Program-made: the position numbers and the translations under genes
The notes under the pieces: generated by a model
Database searches by the model: none
Seen by the model: the letters and a program-made list of their open reading frames with translations, nothing else
Told to the model about the DNA's origin: nothing
Part shown: piece by piece, positions 59,139 to 64,000 of the stretch
How positions within the stretch are numbered: the stretch's first letter is position 1
Layout: each line of letters opens with the position of its first letter
NCBI GenBank assembly: GCA_946965045.2
Contig: OX337229.1
Location: 5,208,001-5,272,000 of the forward strand
DNA: 64,000 bases
Direction of reading: 5' to 3'
Source of the DNA: Epithemia pelagica
Taxonomy: Eukaryota > Protista > Bacillariophyta

Positions 59139-59738
59139 CTCCTCGTGCCTCCCCACTCCGCGGAGCGGATGTAGATATACAACTTCAACATCGGTGGAGT
59201 AGAGAAGAGTTGGTCGCACTATTCCAGTTAGGGGAAAGACCGTGATTCAACGCGTAGCCTTAACCCTAAGCATAATACCCATCATGCTGTATCTCTTGTT
59301 TCTCCTCTTTGATTCACTCCCATGGAATGTCAGGCAGTGTGATAGAAAGCTCGGAACGTGAGGAATGTGGGGGTAACCCTATCACCAGGAAAGAGCCTGC
59401 AGATAAAAAGTTATGGGGACATGTACATCGGAGGGGGTGGGGGGGGGTACGGGAATGCGAGGGGTACAAAACACCGAAAATGGGTAGGTAGTCCTAACAT
59501 CAGTGGGATTTCATGCCATCAAAACTAATGTTCTCTGCTGTCTTGCTTTATTACTGGGAGATGGGGTAATCCTGAGCAGGTCGCTACCTTACCAGTCAGA
59601 TACTGACTGTGACCTATAGGAGTTACCGAACGCTTTTTCTGAATAAAGAACACTCTAGCGACAAAAGATGATATACTGACTGCTAGTACTATTAAAACCC
59701 ACCACCACCCGGTTCATAACCGCTACATATTTGTACTG

Positions 59739-60677
59739 CTAGTCATCTTCCACTTCGATCTGAAACACTTTCGCCTCACCATTTTCAATCTTCATCTGAA
59801 CCAGATTCACCACTGCTCCAAACACCTTGTGATGCCCATCCAGATCTCCTCTGTATTTCTCCTTTAAGATATTGTAATGTTTCAGTAAATTGTTGACAGT
59901 TTCATGTCTCGCCCTGGCATCTGCCATCATCTTGTCTTGATAGTCATTTCGTCCAGTAGGTGTGACAAAGTAGCATCCAGAATCGTTGTAACCACCATCA
60001 GCAATCACTTTCTCATTCGGTAGTAGCTCTTGAACAAGCCAGTCTCTGGCAATCCGTAGGTCTGGCCAAGCGCCACAAGGGAATGCACCATTCCACCACA
60101 CTATCCAGCCAGTTTTCAGGCAGATTCCCACCTCATACCTCACACCTGCTCCCTTAAACTTGTGTGAGTACCATTTTGGATCAAAAGGTGACGGCTCCAA
60201 AATCCTGAAGTCAGTACCATCCAAACTAATGAAACAGACCTGTCCAGGTACACAACAATCAAACCTATTGTCCCATACAATCTGTTATAAGAACAACAGC
60301 AATGGTCAGATATGAGGAGGACGACTTCACGGCAAATTCATGTAGGGCCATGTACTTACATAATGAAGACCACTATACAACAAATCTACAAACACTTTGA
60401 CCCACTTCCTGTAGGTCTTCCTCGTTGTTTTGGCTATTGAGACCATAACATCCTCTGTAGCATAGACTTTCAAAAAAGCCAGTGTCCACAACAAATGACG
60501 AGGCGAAGCACCTTTGGGCAATGAACTGTCCAGTTCATCCCACACATGAACACAGAGCAAAGGAGACATTCCAAAGTAAGAGCGAAAAGCACGTGAGAAA
60601 TCAAGTGAATGTGAGTGTCTTGCTCTACCAAGCATTGGCAGAGCCAAGTTAATGAATGTTCGTTGTGTCACCAACAT
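59739..60677 (-). CDS. Harbinger DDE transposase (DDE_Tnp_4 type)
   Basis: Exons 60360-60677 and 59739-60281, intron 60282-60359. Motifs HLLWTLAFLKVY, ISLDGTDF, WYSHK, GAWPDL, VIADGGY and HETVN; frame open throughout. Confidence 0.9.
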
Positions 60678-61017
60678 GGTGGGAGAAAACCGCTTTGGAA
60701 AATTTATGTTTGCTCAGTGTGTGTTGCGATGCTGACCACACCTTTACTCTGATCTCGGTCTGTCTCTGTGTAGTACTGTCAGTTCATTGGAACAGGTTTT
60801 TTGGAATTTCATCACGTTCATTTGATTGGCTGGTCAGTTGAGCAGTGACACTAAACTTTGTACTGTTCTACATATAGTGACTCATTGGAATTCGTGTCCG
60901 GTCATTGGAACCGGCCTGGATCGGTGCAGAAATCGATTCAAAAATCGTTTTCATTCAAAAACTGGAATTTCTGAAGGGCCCTACCTCGCCAACATCCTAT
61001 TCCTTTCTACATCTTAA

Positions 61018-61240
61018 GCGACCCACATATTGCCCTTATCTTGGGTAAACTGTGGGTCGCTTGTTTATATCATTTGAACCACTAGAAAGTGTCCTGGGTC
61101 GGTTTTGAAAAAACGACCTGGCTCGAAAAAAACGGCCCAGCTCGTATTTTTAAAACCGACCCAGGACACCTTATAAGTGCCCAATTCATTTGGACAAACG
61201 ACCCACGGTTGACCCAAGGCAAGGGCAATACGTGGGTCGC
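61018..61240. repeat. ~220-bp imperfect palindrome between the two Harbinger genes
   Basis: 18-bp perfect inner arms gtgtcctgggtcggtttt (61089-61106) / aaaaccgacccaggacac (61152-61169); outer arms gcgacccac...gtgggtcgc at 61018-61060 and 61199-61240. Confidence 0.85.
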
Positions 61241-61433
61241 ATTACTTTCAGAATTGGAGCCAAATTGGGCATGGCCTCCTCGATTGAAAAATGGAGTCCA
61301 TGATGAAAACCGACCCAGTTTGGATTTTGGTGAACTGTTTTTAGGGTCATAATTAGTTTTCGTGCGAAAAGACCAGTCTGGTTTTGCACTCCCTCGCGCT
61401 ATAGTTTTACGTACTAATAGTACCTATACTCCG

Positions 61434-62506
61434 ATGACCAGGTCTGGCCGCAACACTTTGGGCAAGGGTGCCCTACTTTCGTGGGATTCAAAGTCGAAAG
61501 ATGCCGAATTCCTTGACAAAATCGTGTCAGAAGGCTTGATTCTGGAGAGCGCCACACCCAAATCTGTGTGGTTGGAACACGCTGTTTTCCAAAAGTACAA
61601 ATTGGAATCATTCAGGTCGGCCCTCAACAAAGCCAAAAAAAAATATCAAGTCCACTTGAAGGATCAACATGAGAGAGAGACTGGTCATGAGTTGTTGGGT
61701 GGTGGTGAGACGGCCCCATCTATGGGTGCAAAGGTAAGGAACCCCAACGATGGAGATCTCAAACCAGCTCCTTCTTTGTTTGGGTCGTCCAAAGGACAAG
61801 GTAAGTGCCACTGTACACTGTTTGTTTGATTGTTGAGTCACTGTCCTTACCTGTGGTGGTTTATTGTCTTTTATGACCAGGTGTTGCTGCCAAGGTGGCT
61901 CCTGAGTCTGTTGTCAGTGATGATGCTATGGTGAAGAAAAGGGCGGCAGGATCCATGCCATTACAGGAGACACTACAGGTACAACTACAACAAAAGAGGA
62001 AAAAGACAAATGAAGAAGACAGTGGTAATGACATGATGAGGAATTGGGAGCCTCCTCATGTCTTGACACAGTGGGTCGACGACAAGAAACAGCGTCATTT
62101 GGTGATTTTGGTGGTGTTGCCTACAGGTATTGCACATGAAGACACAACAAATTGCTTGATTGAAGTGGATCCAAGCCAGCTACAGGTACATGTGAAGGTA
62201 ATTTGGCCTGACAACGCAACTCATATCCAGTATCTAACCCAACACATGCACAGAGAGTGGCATGTCGAGGAGAAAAACCTATGAATGAAACTTGCTTTGG
62301 AAGACGCCATGAATCAGATGCAAAAAAGAGGAACAGACTTTGTCAGGTCAAAGTTTTCTCTTACTCTTCCTTTCATGGTCCAAAGCAGGTTCGACTACGA
62401 ATTTATGTACGACACAACAAATGGATTCAGAGCGTTGTTGATTTCCCTACATGAGCCGGACGCCAAGTTTGAAGGTGGCATGAAACACAAGATGGTGCGT
62501 CTGTAA
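61434..62506 (+). pseudogene. Harbinger partner (putative Myb/SANT-like DNA-binding) gene with a premature stop
   Basis: WDSKSKDAEFL...FQKYKLESFRSALNKAK; intron 61801-61880 in frame; in-frame TGA at 62282-62284, after which the frame stays open to 62506. The function is inferred from position within the element. Confidence 0.65.
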
Positions 62507-63195
62507 ATTAATGTAGTATGATTTGGGGCGGTTGTAAAAACCGGGTGGTGGTGGGCCTAAATCTTTCTATTAGTTCTCTATTTGTCCATGTTCATAGTTT
62601 ATGCCATAGTACATCGATTAAGCGTTCTGGTCGTGTTCTGCTTTGTAGTCAGACTTTGCCTGGCATGACAGCGAGCTGCTCAGGATTACCCCAGCTCCCT
62701 GAAGAAGAAACCTGAATTCGTCCTTTCGTCCAATTTTGACCCCCAAAACAAATTCGTTGGGACTACAACCGTCGCCTTGGGAGGACAAGTCTAGTCCCTG
62801 GGGACGATTTATCAAGTAGAAATGATGGAAAAGGGCATGTGAACACACTTTTAGATAGTCCCTTGGAGCTTGACAAAAAGCCATGTTCGTGAACCTAGAA
62901 AACAGGGATAAGGGATTCAGACATACCCTAGAATCAAATTACGCCATCGTTCATAGAGGAAAATTCTACAAGTGAGACCTAGACCGTTTGCCCCTCATGG
63001 GGTTAGCTATTTGCTTAAAATTCGCTCAATATCGGTCGCGCTTCTTGGTCCCCTCACAATTTCTCGTTCGCTATTGTCTTCGAGTGAATTGTGCATCCTC
63101 CATCATTCAGTTCTTCGTGCAACATAAACCTGCTTTTAGAGACTCATATGAGTGCAGGACGTACCCTGACCCTTTCCAGGCGGCGGGAAACGTAC

Positions 63196-64000
63196 TCAAA
63201 ACAAGATCATTCCAGCAAGTCTTGTTCGTTCCGGTCCTGTTTGGACCTTCGTCAAGAGATCAGCCAAATTAGTTGTGGATGGCTCATAGGCAATACGACA
63301 CACTCCATTTGCCACATTTTCTCGAACGTAATGGTATGCAACTGCATTCGACTTCTTCTTCAACGTTGATTCTGGCTTCGAGCTATTGGAAACCACTGAC
63401 ATGTTATCACAACGGACATGTGCGTGTCCATCAAGTGGTATTCCCATCATTCGTAGTTTATAACGTAGACCGCGTAACATTTTGATGCCCACTTTGAGGG
63501 CCATGAACTCAGAACCAAAGGTAGAAGTCTCCACACTGGTCTGCTTCTTGCTGTACCACAATATGGGTGACCGATTTAGGTAGATGAGAACTCCAGTTCT
63601 GGATCGTCGTGTTAATAAGTCTCCGGCGTGATCGGAGTCAACGAAGCAAGTCATTTGTAGAGGGTTGCCCAATGGCTCTGGTGCGTCTAATGGAACTTCT
63701 TCCTTCGCATTGGGGTAGAATGCTGTCCAATCCCCCATGGGTTCGTCCCCGTGCTCAATGTACGACGGGTCCAATACCAATCGAGAACGATCGTGAAATT
63801 TTAGATACGCGAAGAGGTGTAGCATGGCCTCCACGTGTCCTTCTCTTGGTCCTGCTAGAAAGGCAGCAAGCATCGAAACTTCTGTTGTGATGTCGATGCG
63901 TCCCAATTCAACCAACCAGCGTAGTACTCCAAGTTGTTGTTGATAAAAGGACAGGAGTTCATCGTCACAATACGGACTTACGTCCATTTCTGGGCGATAG
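63196..64000 (-). mobile_element. Ty1/Copia LTR retrotransposon pol, 3' end (RT C-terminus + RNase H), running off the window
   Basis: YQQQLGVLRWLVELGRIDI, VDSDHAGD..TRRSRTG, WYSKKQTSVETSTFGSEF, CDNMSVV and LKKKSNAVAYHYVRE; candidate polypurine tract GAGGGGA at 63049-63055. Confidence 0.95.

Larger units (their letters stand above)
59696..62557. mobile_element. PIF/Harbinger DNA transposon, full length with two divergent genes
   Basis: 17-bp perfect TIR core cccaccaccacccggtt (59698-59714) / aaccgggtggtggtggg (62539-62555); TAA on both flanks (59693-59695 and 62558-62560); contains a DDE nuclease and a partner ORF. Confidence 0.9.

Noticed and set aside
58955-59380. Telomere-like TTAGGG/CCCTAA words
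   Set aside because: Isolated single occurrences, not a tandem array.
26643-62284. Stop-codon reassignment, suggested by in-frame TAG/TAA/TGA with open frame beyond (26643, 28062, 29850, 57030, 62282)
   Set aside because: All three stop codons are involved, and intact genes here end normally in TAA (RTF1, PNGase), TAG and TGA (vWA-Vint). Nonsense mutation, splicing or sequence error is simpler.
62561-63048. 3' LTR of the Copia element
   Set aside because: The position after the candidate PPT is suitable, but no TG...CA ends are evident and the 5' LTR is outside the window, so the boundaries cannot be supported.

Overview
Eukaryotic nuclear DNA, most consistent with a diatom (inference from short GT-AG introns, bipartite plastid-targeting presequences, diatom-type Copia pol and diatom-style gene families). 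The left ~19 kb is housekeeping-like: a family-16 methyltransferase, a Tat-targeted lumen protein, a tandem membrane-protein pair, a PNGase-thioredoxin-PUB gene directly behind tRNA-Lys(CUU), and RTF1 with 15 histone-H3-tail-like motifs. At 19-29 kb two paralogous genes lie head to head. Each fuses a Notum/pectin-acetylesterase-like hydrolase to an ABCG half-transporter, and their catalytic motifs are lost reciprocally; this is the most unusual feature, although both copies are disrupted as assembled. The right half is accessory: a HET-like/TPR gene, three paralogues of an unnamed family, a WW/TM protein, two Crinkler-like genes, a vWA-Vint gene, a CHASE hybrid histidine kinase, long palindromes, a full-length but partly decayed PIF/Harbinger transposon with TIRs and TAA TSD, and two Ty1/Copia pieces. 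All family calls come from recognising motifs by eye; no database search was run. Intron models are inferred from GT/AG and reading-frame compatibility.
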